A DNA stretch of 63,687 bases, filler included, from Octopus bimaculoides (lineage: Eukaryota): assembly GCF_001194135.2 (NCBI RefSeq). It is 6 parts of 5 records of this genome, joined end to end, with 100 filler letters (N's around TTAATTAATTAA, not from the genome) between each part and the next. Parts side by side here need not be neighbours in the genome. Positions count along the whole stretch, not along the records: positions 24,089 to 47,617 come from NC_069004.1; 5 more parts are not named here. One strand, given 5' to 3'. Shown one piece after another: positions 25,893 to 39,515 of this stretch. The notes under the pieces were generated by a model. The model did not search any database. It was not told the DNA's origin and worked only from the letters and a program-made list of their open reading frames with translations. Every line of letters starts with the position of its first letter. The stretch's first letter is position 1. A program made the translations under genes and the position numbers.

Positions 25893-26151
25893 TATNNNNN
25901 NNNNNGTAAATATATAAATATATATAATATATAAACACACACGCATAAAATTATGAAACCTATACTTGTGTTCTATCATGACATGCATGCCCATGAGTTC
26001 AAGTGTATCCATACACAAACAATATGCACACAGACAGGCAAACATCAAACAATGCAAGTAACCAGAAGCCCAAAAAGTTAAATTGACTGAAACAAAAGAA
26101 TTTCATCTCTTTGTTAAGGACTCACATCAATTTTATACATATGCGTGAATA

Positions 26152-27493
26152 TCTACTACATATGTGGAAAATCGGTGTGTGCTTGTTTGTGGTGTTGTTA
26201 GCTAACTCCTCCTACATCATTTTATTGATTTTGATGAAACCACGTGACATACTTAGATTGTTAAAAAATCGATAATACGGCCCCTGGAAGGGACCTTTAT
26301 ATCTACCTCATATAGCTATTTTTTTTAAACTCCCAAGGGAAATAACCTATAGCATCTGCACAATATTTTTTTTAAATACTCGAGGGAAATAATCCATTTC
26401 ATTGTTTATGTTTGATTACTTTGAATATTGAATTTTTGTGTGTCCAATTTCTATTTTTTGCAGACAATATCACTTTATTTGACACATGAGTAGAACTCAT
26501 GTCTGGAAACCTTGTGACATACTTAGTTTTTTGAAAAAAATCGATAATAGGGCTCATCCAATGGATCCTTCTATCTACTACATATTACTAATATTTTATT
26601 TAAACAACCCAAGGGAAATAACCCATACCACCAGCAGTTTTTAGCGAAAAGATCAATATTTGATTCTCACGATCATCCAACCTAATTCTGCATTTCACTA
26701 CACACAGTTTTGAACTGCTAAACAATATTATTGCACTTCCTTAATTTGAATCTTAAACATTAAGGATTTCATTCATACATTTCTATACATACATACTTTT
26801 TTGAATGCCCATTACTCCGATAATTCTGCATTTTTACAGTTACACTTTTTCCATGACAGTAGGTAAACTTTTTATTCCACAACGTATTTGTAGTGGCTTC
26901 ATGCAGGCATAGCGTGGATTCGATCCACGATTGCCAAATTTCACTTAACACTTCAACAGCGCTTTTCTCGTGGTAAAACAATAGTCTTTCTGTGAAAGAC
27001 AGCAGTTATACATTTCCCAGATGCCTTCGCTAAGCAGAATAATGTCTTTGCCACTTGACCCTTCTAACCTCTTCTACTGGCTGGAATGGAGATAACCAAC
27101 CGCCAAAGAAATCCTTTGTTCTCAATATGTCCATCCTTCTGGCTGCTTTTTGATAGTTATAAAAACAAGAACTCCGTAAGCTAAAGGCAGTTACTGAGAG
27201 CAACCAGCAGTGAGTGTAAACGTCATTATTGCACTTTCTTCAAACACTTCATTCATATATTTATATAAACTCTCTCACCAACTTCCGACAATCGTTGTCA
27301 CCAACCTCCAAAAACCACTCTCACCAACCTCCACCAATCTCTTCCTCCTCCAGCTGAAGGTTGTTTGTACTTTTTTGTGACAGAAAATACACTTTTTGTG
27401 GCAGTTATAATGAAATTGCTTTCTTATATCAGAGTAATAAGGCATTTCAATAGAACATCTTTACCCCCGGGAATTACTGGGTACACCAGCTAG
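26152..27493 (+). mobile_element. Probable non-autonomous Helitron
   Basis: Starts A|TCTACTACATAT (26151-26163) and ends with a GC-rich subterminal motif ccccgggaattactggg then CTAG|T (27490-27494); A/T target, no TSD. Confidence 0.55.
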
Positions 27494-27750
27494 TATTTGC
27501 ATATGTACATACGTACATATATACACGTGTTCATACATACATACTTACATACTTATAAGCATACATTAAAAGCAATCACACACACAATTGTGAACCAGAG
27601 TACAAGTATATCAGTACAAAGAAAAAAACTAGTCATATGCATGCACTAACTCACATATTCACAAGTCCAGGGAACAGAATTAATCGAAGCAAATGTCTTG
27701 AATTTTACAAAAGAACTTAAATCACATACACAAACAGTTTTGGATTCTGG

Positions 27751-27863
27751 TCAGATACTGAATTGGATCAGGTTGGCATAATCTTTCAGTTCTTTATTAA
27801 GGCGTTCATCTAATCTTTCACTCTGTGACACAGTAAGCCAATTCTTCCAAGTGGCAACTTTAC
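27751..27863 (-). CDS. Cytosolic sulfotransferase, last coding exon
   Basis: Acceptor tttatttcacccag|; encodes (G)KVATWKNWLTVSQSERLDERLNKELKDYANLIQFSI*; KxxxTVxxxE dimerisation motif (KNWLTVSQSE); phase 1 matches the upstream exon. Confidence 0.92.
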
Positions 27864-28229
27864 CTGGGTGAAATAAAGAAACAGTTTCTATTAGACGTTC
27901 AGTAAAATAATGAAGGAAACAAATGAAAGAGAAAGTATGTACATAGAGGCATGCTTTTTAAGGTTGCCTCTACAGATTTTCTACAAAGGTTATAGCAAAC
28001 ACTGATTTGTTACAATGTTTTGTATCTGAATACGTCTAATATAAATGTCATAATAAATCAATGCTGCCAATAATTTCAATATAAAATCTGTAGTGATAAC
28101 CTTAAAAAGTGATTTAATAGCACTACTAACACAGTAGGACACAGTATTAACTTATAAAGCATTTAATATATATTGTAGTATATCATGGGTGCATAATGAA
28201 AAATGGTTCCCTACAAGTAATTAATGCAT

Positions 28230-28318
<89 letters not shown>

Positions 28319-28514
28319 TCCGCACAATCAATTCATGTAATGGTGATGGAATGAATATTCACAGAAAATGTTTGCCAAATGTGAATATAACAGACTTGAT
28401 ATAGTGGTTAGAGTCAGCAAAGAAAGTTATGTAGAGTTACAGAGGTCCGCTGCAGATACAAACATTTGTTTCAAAATTAGCAATGTACCAGCTTCAATAT
28501 TTAATTCTCAGATG

Positions 28515-28995
28515 AAGAGAGATTGGTAAAAAAGCCAAATTTGCTATCTTCAATTCAGTTTTCATTCCTATCATCATCTTTGGTCAGAAGTGTTGTGTAA
28601 TAAACAAAAATTACAATGACAAATATAAGTGGCCAAAATGAGATTTCTCCCAAGGATTTCTGGAATACCATTACGTGACAGGGTGAGATCAGGAAGATCA
28701 GGGTGTCTCTTCAGGTCAAGCTATTACTTCTGTGAATTGATACTATAGACATGCTGTTAGAATGTTACAGGAAAAGACTGAAAAACTGGATTCTTCAAGC
28801 CAAGCAAACTGGCAGGAGACGTAGGATTAAACCAAGAAAAAGATGTTTGGGTAATAGTCTCAGTTAGTCATGCTTGAGAATTCAGCCAGAAAATGTAATG
28901 ACAGTTGCTTCTGATACGGTCCTATGCAGGAGGCACCTGACGAATCTACTGCCATGACCATCCCAGGAATAGTGGGTAGGAAGATGGATGGATGG
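28515..28995 (+). mobile_element. RTE LINE 3' fragment
   Basis: Degenerate KAKFAIFNSVFIPI..MRF..RISG..DRVRS..GRRRIKPRKR-type C-terminal RTE sequence and tail. Confidence 0.7.
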
Positions 28996-29004
28996 GTCTT
29001 TTAT

Positions 29005-29332
29005 CTTTTACTTGTTTCAGTCATTAAACTATGGCCATGCTGGGGCACCACCTTAAAGGGCTTTAGTCAGATGAATCGACCCCAGGACTTTTTTTTTCAA
29101 GTCTAGTACTTATTCTATCAGTTTCTTTTGACAAACTGCTAATGTACAGGGATGTAAACACACCAATACTAGTTGTCAAGTATTGGTGGGGGACAAACAC
29201 AGACACAAAGACACACACAGATATATACATGTACATATATATATATATATATATATGGCAGGCTTCTTTAAGTTTCCGTCTACCAAATCCAGTCACAAGG
29301 CTTTTGTTGGTCCGAGGTGATAGTAGAAGACA
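29005..29332 (-). mobile_element. Bipartite SINE (inverted, CpG-decayed)
   Basis: Tail 29005-29215, TA microsatellite, partial head 29258-29332; matches the 49416-49842 copy. Confidence 0.85.
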
Positions 29333-29579
29333 CTACATTAAGGTTTGGATGTAGCTTTAAACAAAAGAATATTACATGAAATTATGATGGTAGGTTTGTA
29401 TTTAAATATGAGTCTTTTAAAAAAGCAGTCTATTTATACTAGAAACCAGTAACAAATTGGTGGGATTATATAAAAGGAAAAGAAATTAAATGATTCTAAT
29501 GCATGCTGAATAGAATTTGAACCCAGGATATAACTAATAACATGAACAAAACTAAAAAGAAAAAAAACCGTTAACATAC

Positions 29580-29760
29580 CAGTACGGTAAAATGAAATAT
29601 TTGGCTTCCATAAAACTGTAGGAAGTGGTCCGATATTTTCAGATTTCTTCTCAGCTTTCATCTTCTTAAATGTGCACAAGTCAGCAATGTCTTTGCACAG
29701 GTCTGGTTCCACTTCAACTTGAAGGAATCTAGCGATTTTAGACACAACATTTTCAAGGTC
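29580..29760 (-). CDS. Cytosolic sulfotransferase, internal exon
   Basis: tatattttag|GAC..ACT G|gtatgt; encodes DLENVVSKIARFLQVEVEPDLCKDIADLCTFKKMKAEKKSENIGPLPTVLWKPNISFYRT(G); phase 0 to 1. Confidence 0.92.
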
Positions 29761-31628
29761 CTAAAATATAAAGAAAATATGAACTCAAATATTTTGTGCC
29801 ATTTCCATTAACCTCGTTACCTCCCTTTATGTCCAGTCTACTGTGCTTGATAAAACAGTCCCAAATGATATACTGCTATCTATTTTGTCACAGATTTTAT
29901 TATAGGCATTTTTGAGATGGTAGTCTAGGAGCTCCCAGAGATTAAGTGAAATGTTATTTTACTCGCTGTATTTTATGGCATCAAGATCATTCTGTACTGC
30001 TTGATTTTGAAATTTTGTGAAACAATAAACATTAAAACATGATACAAATGTTGAGTGATTAAGTCTCGTGTAGTAACAATCCTCTCATTAAAAGTTTGCT
30101 ACATAATCATTGCATTCCATTGAAAAAGATTAAACACTAAATTGTCTAATTCTTTTAAAAATTTTGTTTGTTACTAACTGTCTTGATCCATATCAAACTG
30201 GTGATTGCTAACATGGTGGAATTCATAGTTATTCAAGAAATGAACTGCTCTAACAGTGGACTGTACCATGCATAAATTAATTATGCTATTATAAAAGAAA
30301 ATGAACGCTTTTGCATGACAGAATGGAAATGGTCGAAAGGGCTCTTAACACATGCCTTGGCAACTTTCACCAATGGCTCTCAGCTCAAAATAACAGGGGG
30401 ATGTTCTCACCTCTCAGGACCTCAACACTTTGACAACATCTCAGTACTCAGTTCTCTCTTTTACAACCCGATATAATGAAAACAGCAATAGTAGACCATA
30501 AACCATTTTTACGTAAGCTTTTCTAATCACAAGTCAATGACAACTTCACCAACAATCACAATCTACGCATTGCTTTGACAGTTTTTCTGTACCTTAGGAC
30601 CCAACAACTTTATAAACCATAAGTTATATGCAGCTTCAGCAGCTATTGTGAGATACACATCATTTCAACAAATATCATGTCTTTAAAGCTAATCTATATA
30701 CTGGCTTATGAAACTAGTTATGCTATAACACGGTGAGTTACCCAGCTGTAGCAAGGCACTTCCTTTTCCAGGAACAGCCATAATTATCATCAGCATAGAC
30801 ACATTTATATTACGGTCTCTGGGAAAATGTTTAGTGAACTTGTACTTAAAACATATGATCTTACAGTCACTATCAGTAGGATTTGATCTCAGACCATGAT
30901 AAGATTGACAGTTGCACTTTTTATATATAAGTACTTGTGCTCCTTCCCTCTTTCAGTCTTGCAGTGGTTAAAGTTTACAGTCACTAGTTCATTTTTTACA
31001 GTAGGTACATGTCTTTCTGAATTCATATATTGGATGAGAACATGTGGTACATGCTTGCTTTTCATTTTCCATCAAAGTGTTAACAGCATTGAGAATAAAA
31101 CAGCCTGCACATGCCTCCTAGAAAAGTAAATTGCAATGGTTTTTGATTAAAGAAATTTACACAAGGTACATTCCAGAAGATTTTAGGCATTTTCAGTGGA
31201 GGCATTTATTAACTTCAAAGAAGTACAAAACTTTAATCTCCTTCAAAGGAGTATCCTCTGACATCAGTGCACTTGTTGTAGTGCTCCAGCCACTTTGTGA
31301 AGGCCCCATGGAAATCCTCAAAACCAAACATGTCCAGGACCCTTACTACAGCCTCCTTCATCTTCTCCTTCAGTTTGGAGAGCAACCAAAATTCACAGGG
31401 AGCAAGGTCTCGATTGTGGGGAAGGTGAGGGACAGTTTTGATGCCCATCTCTATCAAGTAGTTGGTTACCAGAATGGAATTGTGAACTGGTATAAATGTT
31501 CTGGCATTTTATGATGAAATTTCTTTCTGAACTTCCTCAAAACCCCCAGAAAGTACTCTTTGTTGACCATCTGACTAGAGGTTACCCAGTTTATGTAGAT
31601 TATGTCCTTTACTATCAAAAAAGGGAAT

Positions 31629-34600
31629 AGCAGGCAACGCTATTTGAAAACCATTGGATTAATAACTCCGTCCAGTCATTAATGTGTTGACATCTTCATT
31701 AGTGACTTCCTCCGCTAAAGTGGTGACACTGAGTAAAAAGATCTACAGCCGTTGCTTCAACAGCCATTGCCTGCTATATGATTTACAACGTTCAACTTCA
31801 TGATTGCCTCTACATCATCAGCTCTATCACATGTGGAAAGCTATGAATTTTTTCAGCAGGCAAGTTCTCCCACACCAGTGACCAACTCGTTAAAGTGGTG
31901 ACTCCAGACAGAAAAAAGGACACACCTGTTGGTTGTGAGAAAGTTTCTACGCCATCTTTTGGCGGGAAAGGTTCCCTCTGAAACAGAAAGGGTGCAAAGA
32001 TGTTTTACGAGAAGAAATGCATAGCCCAAGTCGACTCCGCCTCAAAACTGCCTGATGTGTGGAACTTCTCTGTGGAATATTTTTTTGACCAACCATTTGA
32101 TAGCTGTTACAACCATATTTCTCCACATGAAATTTTCTCCTAATGGCAATGTCAAACTGTGTTCATGTGTTCGATAGCTGCTAAACAACTGTGTCTGTGA
32201 ACCTTTTCTGTTGCAAACTCCATATTTCATTGTGTGGCATATTTTCCCTTGCTCAGGTACAACTTTACATTTTCTTTTATCCTTGTCCTTGTCTCCTGAC
32301 ATTTTTTCTTGTTGGCGGACGTTATCCTGTTTGCTCATGACCACGCATGGAATTTTCTGGTTTTTGGTCACATCCAGCTCATCTTTTCCTTCTTCTAGAC
32401 TTGTATTACATTTTTTCCCACCGAACATGAGTCACGTCACTCTACCCCACTATCATGGCTGTCCTAAGATGTGGTTTGCTCAGCTGGAATCATACTTTGT
32501 ATCCAATAACATTCAGTCGGTTCATCATATTGAGTGAGATTCCTTCACCATCAGTGCTCACCATCAGAGACCTAATCACAGACATGCCACCAGATGCTTC
32601 CTACAGCAGTATAAAAGCAGAAGGCCCTTTGCAGGAATTCTAAATCCTCCAGGAGTCGCTTTCACTCACTCTTGGAGGACGGACATTTGGAGGATAGAAA
32701 CCCAACAAAATTTTTCCGAAGAGTTCACGAGTTGACCAACGGCTCAACAGAAAAAAATTCATCATGAAAGAGCTTGGACTTATTCGACCATCCATGAGTC
32801 CATGGGCATCTCCTTTACACATGGCTAAAAAAAAAGGTACTGCAGACTTTTGACCGGTTGGTGATTTCAGACACCTCAATGCCATCACTACCCCTGACAA
32901 ATATCCCTTACCACTTCTTCAGGACTTTTCATCAGCTTTACATGGATGCACCATTTTCTCCCAGATTGACTTGGTATGTGCATACCACCAAATACCAGTG
33001 AACCCAGCAGACATCCTGAAAACAGCCATGACTACTCCACTTGGCTCATTCGAGTTCTTATCCATGCCATTGGGACTGCGCAATGCCGCCAGCACTTTCC
33101 AGCTGTTTATTTATAAAGTTGTTCATGGGATGGATTTCATTTTTGCTTATGTGGACAATCTCCTCATAGCCAGCGACACAGTTGAACATCATCATCAACA
33201 CCTATCTCAGTTGTTCCAGCATCTCCAGTCATACAATGCCAAGGTCAACCCTGCAAAGTGTGTGTTTGGTACTATTTCGTTGGAGTTCCTGGAACATCTT
33301 ATAGACACTGAAGGCATTCAGCCTCTGCTGGCAAAGGTGGAAGTGATTCAGCAACTTTCACCCTGCACCTCATTGAAACAGTTACGTCATTTCTTAGGGT
33401 TAATCAACTTCTATCGTTGCTTCATTCTTCACTGTGCAGACAAATTGTTTCCCTTGACTCAGCTTTTGAAGGACAAGAAAAAGAAAGATTCTCCTATTTC
33501 TCTTCCTTCCAATGCTTTGCAGTCTTTTGAATCCATCAAATCTCATCTTTCTCCTTAACCGTTGATGCCTCAAATGTTGGTATTGGCACTTTATTGCAAC
33601 AGACAATCAACCACCAGACTCAACCACTAGCGTTTTTCTCATGCCAACTGAAACCAGCTGAACAAAGGTATAGCACTTTCAATAGAGAGCTGTTAGCTGT
33701 TTCTCATGCTGTGAGACACTTCTACCACCTCATTGAAGGTCGGGAATTCATGATATTCATGGACCGTAAACTGCTCGTGTTTGCTCTACAATCCAAGTCA
33801 GAGAATTACTCACCGAGGGCATACAGACACTTGGACTTCATTTCTCAGTTCACCAGTGATATATGCCATATTGCTGGATCTGCCAATATACCTGCTGATG
33901 CTTTGTCTAGGCTTCCTCTGCAGTCCGTTTCGTCTCCTGCTCTGATTGATCTGGTCACCATTGCTTCAGTCCAGCCTTCCTTGGATTCATTCAACATTTC
34001 TTCTGCTCAGTTTTCTTGCTGCAAGTTTGAGTACCTGCCACTGTTGTCTGCTGAGGGGAACATCCTCTGCGATGTTTCCATTGGTTCACCCAGACTGCTC
34101 TTTCCTGATCATCGCTGCACCATCCTTGACGCTCTGCATTCATTGTCACATCCAGGCATTGCTGCGACGGTGAAGCTTATCACAGCCCGATTCTTCTGGC
34201 CTGATGTGCATCATACAATCACCACTTGGGCACATTCTTGTTTGCAGTGTCAGCGCTCCAGGGTGTTCATGCTCCGTTGGGACAGCTCAGTCTGCCAGAC
34301 ACTCACTTCTGACACACCCATATTGATCTGGTTGGTCCTTGGCCCATCAGTTCCAGTTTCACATACATTTTGACTTGTACTGATCGGTTCTCCTGATAGC
34401 CAGAGGCCATACCCCTAGTAGATATTACTGCCGAGTCTGTGGTTCAGGCTCTCATCTCAGGTTGGATTGCTTGCTTTGGCATCCCCTCCAGGATCACCAC
34501 TGACTCTGGACGCCAATTCGAAGCCTCCCTTTTCTGTGAACTGCCACAGCTACTGGGTATACAACACATTCATATGACTAGTTACCACCCAGCCTTGAAT

Positions 34601-36211
34601 GGAGTGGTGGAAAGATTGCATAGGCAGTTAAAGGCTGCACTTCAAGCAACTCAAATCCACAATGAAGGACCGAATTTCTTCCTATCATTCTCCTAGGTTG
34701 CCGGTCCTCTGTTAAAGCAGATTTGGGCTACTCCTCAGCTGAACTCCTGTATGGTACCACTTTGGCACTTCCTGGTCAAATGTTTGCACCAGTTGACTCA
34801 CTGCATCCAGATCCTGCATTATACATCACCAGGCACCTCGTGACCAGTCTATTTCTTATGCTGTTCCAGCAGATATCTCTTCATGGACACATGTTTTTTT
34901 GTAGAATGATTCCGTGAAAGGACCCCTTACACTGCCCTACTCAGTCCCTTTCTGTGTGCTTTCACACACACCAAAACTTTTCACCGTGGACATTGACAGT
35001 CGGAAAGAGGCTGTATCTATTGACAGAGTAAAGAAGGCTTTCTCTGAAAGTCTTATTCCACTACCTGACACGCCTGACACGCCTGACACACCTGTCGCAC
35101 TCACGCAACCAACAACAACTTCACATCAACCTCAAACGTCTTTACAAGCTTCCAAACAACATTCGCGAACACCACATTCCGCTCCACCTTCTGTCACACG
35201 AAATGGTAGAACTGTAACTTGGTCACATAAACTGTCCAAAACTATTTAATCACCTTTTCGCATTAACATAAACTCTGCCTGTTGATACACCACCTGTTTT
35301 GAACAAACTGTACAATTTAACAAACTGTTTTGCTGCATCTTTTCTTTGCACATATTACTACATGTATTTCGCATGTTATATGCGTTTGTTTTTACATGTT
35401 TCTATTCTTTTATTCGCATAATCTTGTATTTGCATGCATTGTTTACATTTTGCCATCTTCCATGATTTAGCACTTTACCATGCTCCTTGTGTCTCTGCTC
35501 CCCCTTGTGTAATACAAGCAATCACTTCTTTCATTGCCTACAGTTTCACTTTTTGCCTGCTCAAGCTTTTCATTCCTTTCAGTCTGGGGGTGGGGTTTAA
35601 TGTAGACAACACTATTTGAAACAGGTTCATAGCCAACAAAATATTCGTTGGGAATCAACTACAGTTATTTCCCCTGTCAAATGTTCTAGAACATTCCAAG
35701 CAAACATTGGTTAGTTCCCCTTTGCTAGCATACAAGGCGTAACTGCTAAACCACACACAGGAGAAGCAATATCGCCTACTTAAGAGTGAATTCCAATTGA
35801 ATTTCTCTCTTTTTCTCTAAGATGCAACGAGGTCAACATTGGAGAGAGAGCCAGGCACACAATTTCGATATTCTTTCCTACCAGTAACTCGCTATGGTAT
35901 TCTACACCTAGTGCCTGTCTGAAAGTAATTTTTGTACTTTGAATTCCTCCTATTTTTTGCTGTCATCATGGAACATGGTGAGAAGTTCAGAACCTTTTAC
36001 TTCAATCCCAGATAAAACATTATTGAACATTGTGTACTCACAGTATGAATTTGTCTGTTATGCATCTGAATAAAACCTTGGATACAAAGTTGTTAATGCA
36101 TGGACACAAGTGTCGTTGTTACTGCACCAGAGGCATTTCACAGCCATTGGATTAATGACTTAGTCCAATCATTAAAGTGTTGATATCTTCATTTGTGACT
36201 TCCTTCACTAA
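31629..36211 (+). mobile_element. Ty3/Gypsy LTR retrotransposon, degenerate (gag remnant, RT, RNase H, integrase; protease region missing)
   Basis: LPHYHGCPKMWFAQLESYF (gag); YPLP..IDLVCAYHQIP..MPLGLRNAASTFQ..YVDN (RT); DASN..FFSCQLKPAEQRYS..RELLA (RNase H); H..HPG..C..C, TDSGRQF, YHPALNGVVERLH (integrase); PBS-like TGGTGAC at 31721 and 31896; PPT ~35585-35600; probable TSD GGAAT/AGAAT. Confidence 0.93.
35601..36211 (+). repeat. 3' LTR of the Gypsy element (5' LTR remnant at 31629-31718)
   Basis: Begins TGTAGACAACACTATTTGAAA after the PPT; its first ~20 bp and last ~70 bp match the fused 5' remnant 31629-31718. Confidence 0.75.
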
Positions 36212-37099
36212 AGAATCATCATGAGCTTCTCATCAGACATGCTTTGACCTGTGCCAGTGAAACTCAGGTGCTCACCTCATACAATTTAATCTATAAACAG
36301 TATGGAGTATTCCTAAGTTTCTGTAGCGTTTTTACCTAGTTTAACACAAAACTTTAATCCATAGCAAGCTTCCAAATTGTTTCCTTGTTCCGACTGCATT
36401 CTGCAAACTAGTCAAGGGTGTGTTTAAAGTGCTATAACAGCCGTATCCTTCAATCTGGAATAACAAAAGTTGGCATCTCAGCTTATAAGATGCATAATAA
36501 TGATATTCTAAAACTGCAATAATCTAGGATAGTTATAACTGCCTCTCCTAAAAAAAAGGTCTCAAAACTTCTGGAATTAACCTTGTACCAGGTGAGGAAA
36601 TCATTCAGACTTGTAGAATAGAATTTTTTGAATGTCATGTACACAGTCATATTCTTATCATAAAAGTAAACTTTATCAAGCTTATCTATAATAAATTTCA
36701 GTTCTGTGCCTGTACCAATATCAGTGGTTGTTAGGTCAAATAAACATTCACAAATGTTAAGAGGTAATGATAAGAACCAAGCAGCCCTATGTTTTGTTTC
36801 TGACAAATCAGTGTAAATTAATCAAATCTCTAAATCTTGCTTCAAATTTGTACATGATTCTACATTAAACAAACTTGGTGGTTGTTTACCAAAATTTGCC
36901 ACTGAATCCAAGTATACCATTTCAAGCAGTTTTAGAAGTAATATTTCTCATCATACTAGGATCAATCACAGTTGCTGCCACTGTGAAAAAACTTCTAAAC
37001 TCCTCACATTACAAATGCACAGGGTATACTAGGTGCTTTTGACATGGCACCAGCACCAGTACTTATGACATGGCACCAGCACCCACATCAATGCTTTTC

Positions 37100-37510
37100 A
37101 CATGGCACCTTGGTTTTAGGATCTCAATTCTGTTGTGATGGTCTTGCTGAAAACAGCAATGCACCCAATATCTCTGTCCTCTGTCATCCCCTCCATAAAG
37201 CTCAACATTTTGAGATTGGCCTTCAATACTTGGTTCCATGTTTTCCTGGGTCTTCCTCTTTCACAAATTCCTTCCACTTTAAATGATTAGCACTTCTTTA
37301 TGCAACTGTCCTCATCCATCAACATCACATGGCCGAACTAGCACAGTCTCCTCCTCTCTTGCACATAATTCCTCTTATACCTCTCTCTTGTATATAATTC
37401 CACTTGAGCCCAACTTCTCTCTCAATACACCAGTGCTGTTGGACATGCATGCTGACATCGCACATCAAGCAGAACATACCAACTTCGTTCCTCTTCAGCC
37501 TTTGCATGTC
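37100..37510 (-). mobile_element. RTE LINE 3' fragment
   Basis: Minus strand DDMQRLKRNEVGMF..MCDVS..EREVGL..GIRG-type degenerate C-terminal RTE sequence. Confidence 0.6.
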
Positions 37511-38119
37511 ATCTGCACTCAGGGCCCATGTGTGTGAGTGTGTGTGTGTGCATGTTTGAGGATGGGTGTGTGCATGTGTGTGTGTGTGTGTGTGTGTATG
37601 TGTTTGTGTACATACGTGAATATCTGTTTTGCATGCCCTCATTAATTTCATCAAAGCGAAAAGTAGTGGCATTGTTCACATTCTCCAAGTTCATTGGACC
37701 TGTAACAATCAGTGAAATAAAAAAAAAATCCTTTATTTCAAAACACAAATAATGGTTGACGGTAAAAAGATCAGAAGATCTTTTAGCCTCAATGGGTCTC
37801 ATGTAACTCGATGCAAGCATGAAAGAAGATGTAAAAACAATGATGATGATAATAATATACCCTCCTCCTCCTTCTCATCGTCGTCATCATCATAAGGACC
37901 AACAGTGTTATCGTCATCATTATCATTTTATTCTGCTTTTCCATGCTGGCAAGTGTTGGATAGCATTTCGGAGACACTAATTTACAATCTGGTGCCCTTT
38001 CTGTTGCCAACCATTTTAATCATGTTTTGCATGTTGGGACAAGTTGGACCTATTCTAAAACTAGGATACCTCCCCTTCATGTGTGTGTGTGAGAGAGAGA
38101 GAGAGAGATTTTTAGGAGG

Positions 38120-38375
38120 AAATGCTTGAGCCATGCAAGCCTGGTCAGCCATCAGAGAACTCCCAGGAATCAATCTTTTCTAAGCTGGGCTGCAGCTATT
38201 GTTCATAACAGACCATGTGCAACCTGTGGAAAGGTTTGCTGTTCCTTCTGCCAGCCTGCACAACTATGCATTATGCAATAAAATGTGCAAATCTTTGGCA
38301 GGGCTCAAGAGTCATATAAAGACCTCACTTTGCATTATCGATTTTTTCTAGCAATGGCTTTGCTCATATACAAGA
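38120..38375 (+). mobile_element. RTE LINE tail with degenerate C2H2 fingers
   Basis: CATCGKVC.. and CNKMCKSLAGLKSHIKT; tail resembles 7180-7215. Confidence 0.55.
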
Positions 38376-38387
38376 AAGCAACCACTA

Positions 38388-38419
<32 letters not shown>

Positions 38420-38422
<3 letters not shown>

Positions 38423-38610
38423 TGCAGTTGTGTGGCCTAATGGTTAGGTGTTGCATTCACAATCACAAGATTATGGTTTCAATTCCCATCCCATAAATTA
38501 CATTCCTGTAACTTGGCAGTTCAGCAAAAGAGACCAATAGAATAAGTACTAGGCTTACAAAGAATAAGTCCTGGCCACATTCAAATAACTGAAGCAAATA
38601 AACGAATAAA
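38420..38610 (+). mobile_element. SINE (tRNA-like head joined to tail fragment)
   Basis: tggcctaatggttaggtg..ggtttcaattccc head, then gcaaaagagaccaatagaataagtactaggcttacaaagaataagtcc. Confidence 0.7.
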
Positions 38611-38684
38611 AGAATATCATCTATGCAGATTGTTCATGGACAATGAGAAACTACCATCACCGTCACATCTAAGGATCTATCTAC

Positions 38685-38721
<37 letters not shown>

Positions 38722-39237
38722 TTCTCCCACAATGCAGCATTCACTTCAAAAAGTACATTATGCCTGAACACAGACATTATCCACACACATACATAACATG
38801 CGTAAACATAACTTTCGCCCACAAGCATACACTATACACATGCACACTATATGATCACAGACACACACATACACATGTGCACACATCAACTTAATGAGCT
38901 CACATCAACTGCTAGACACAAGCGATTACATATGCATGTATGCGCATGCACACATACGTTAGCCTCACACATATACACACATCCATACATACACAAATAC
39001 ACAAAACGCCCATCATTCCACAATGCACAATTTAGGTTACTTGTACACATACACACAGGCCCATGAGTTTGCACACACATGATAACCCCACACATATGTA
39101 CATACACACATACATACCAGTACATGAAATGCATATCACTCCACATAATGTACACACTGGATTACTTATACACATACACACAGGTCCACATAATTTTCAG
39201 CTCGCTCACACATACATACTTACACACTCACCCTCAT

Positions 39238-39306
<69 letters not shown>

Positions 39307-39359
39307 ATTCTCACATACATACATTCACATGCTTGCGCACCTTACTTCATCAGGGCCAC

Positions 39360-39413
<54 letters not shown>

Positions 39414-39515
39414 CATCATCTCCCTTTCATTCAGCCTCTCACTTCCAGCCATTTCACTATGTTGAACATCTCTACTAATTTTTTTTCTCTCTCTGTTTTT
39501 TTTTTTCCTCTTAAT

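Larger units (their letters stand above)
31161..36587 (-). mobile_element. Internally deleted mariner transposon interrupted by a Gypsy element
   Basis: Imperfect TIRs acaaggtacattccagaag (31161) and cttctggaattaaccttgta (36568-36587); N-terminal KFCVKLGKNATET at ~36330-36360; KLMMI|PFFDSKG joins across the Gypsy insertion; C-terminal MGIKTVPHLPHNRDLAPCEFWLLSKLK in ORF 31233-31457. Confidence 0.85.

Noticed and set aside
26900-27180. Possible Helitron helicase remnant (..DILRTKDFFGG..) on the minus strand
   Set aside because: Similarity is too weak by eye and lies opposite to the inferred termini; needs a profile search.
30300-30450. hAT dimerisation-domain-like remnant on the minus strand
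   Set aside because: Only a few scattered residues across frames; cannot be supported without an HMM search.
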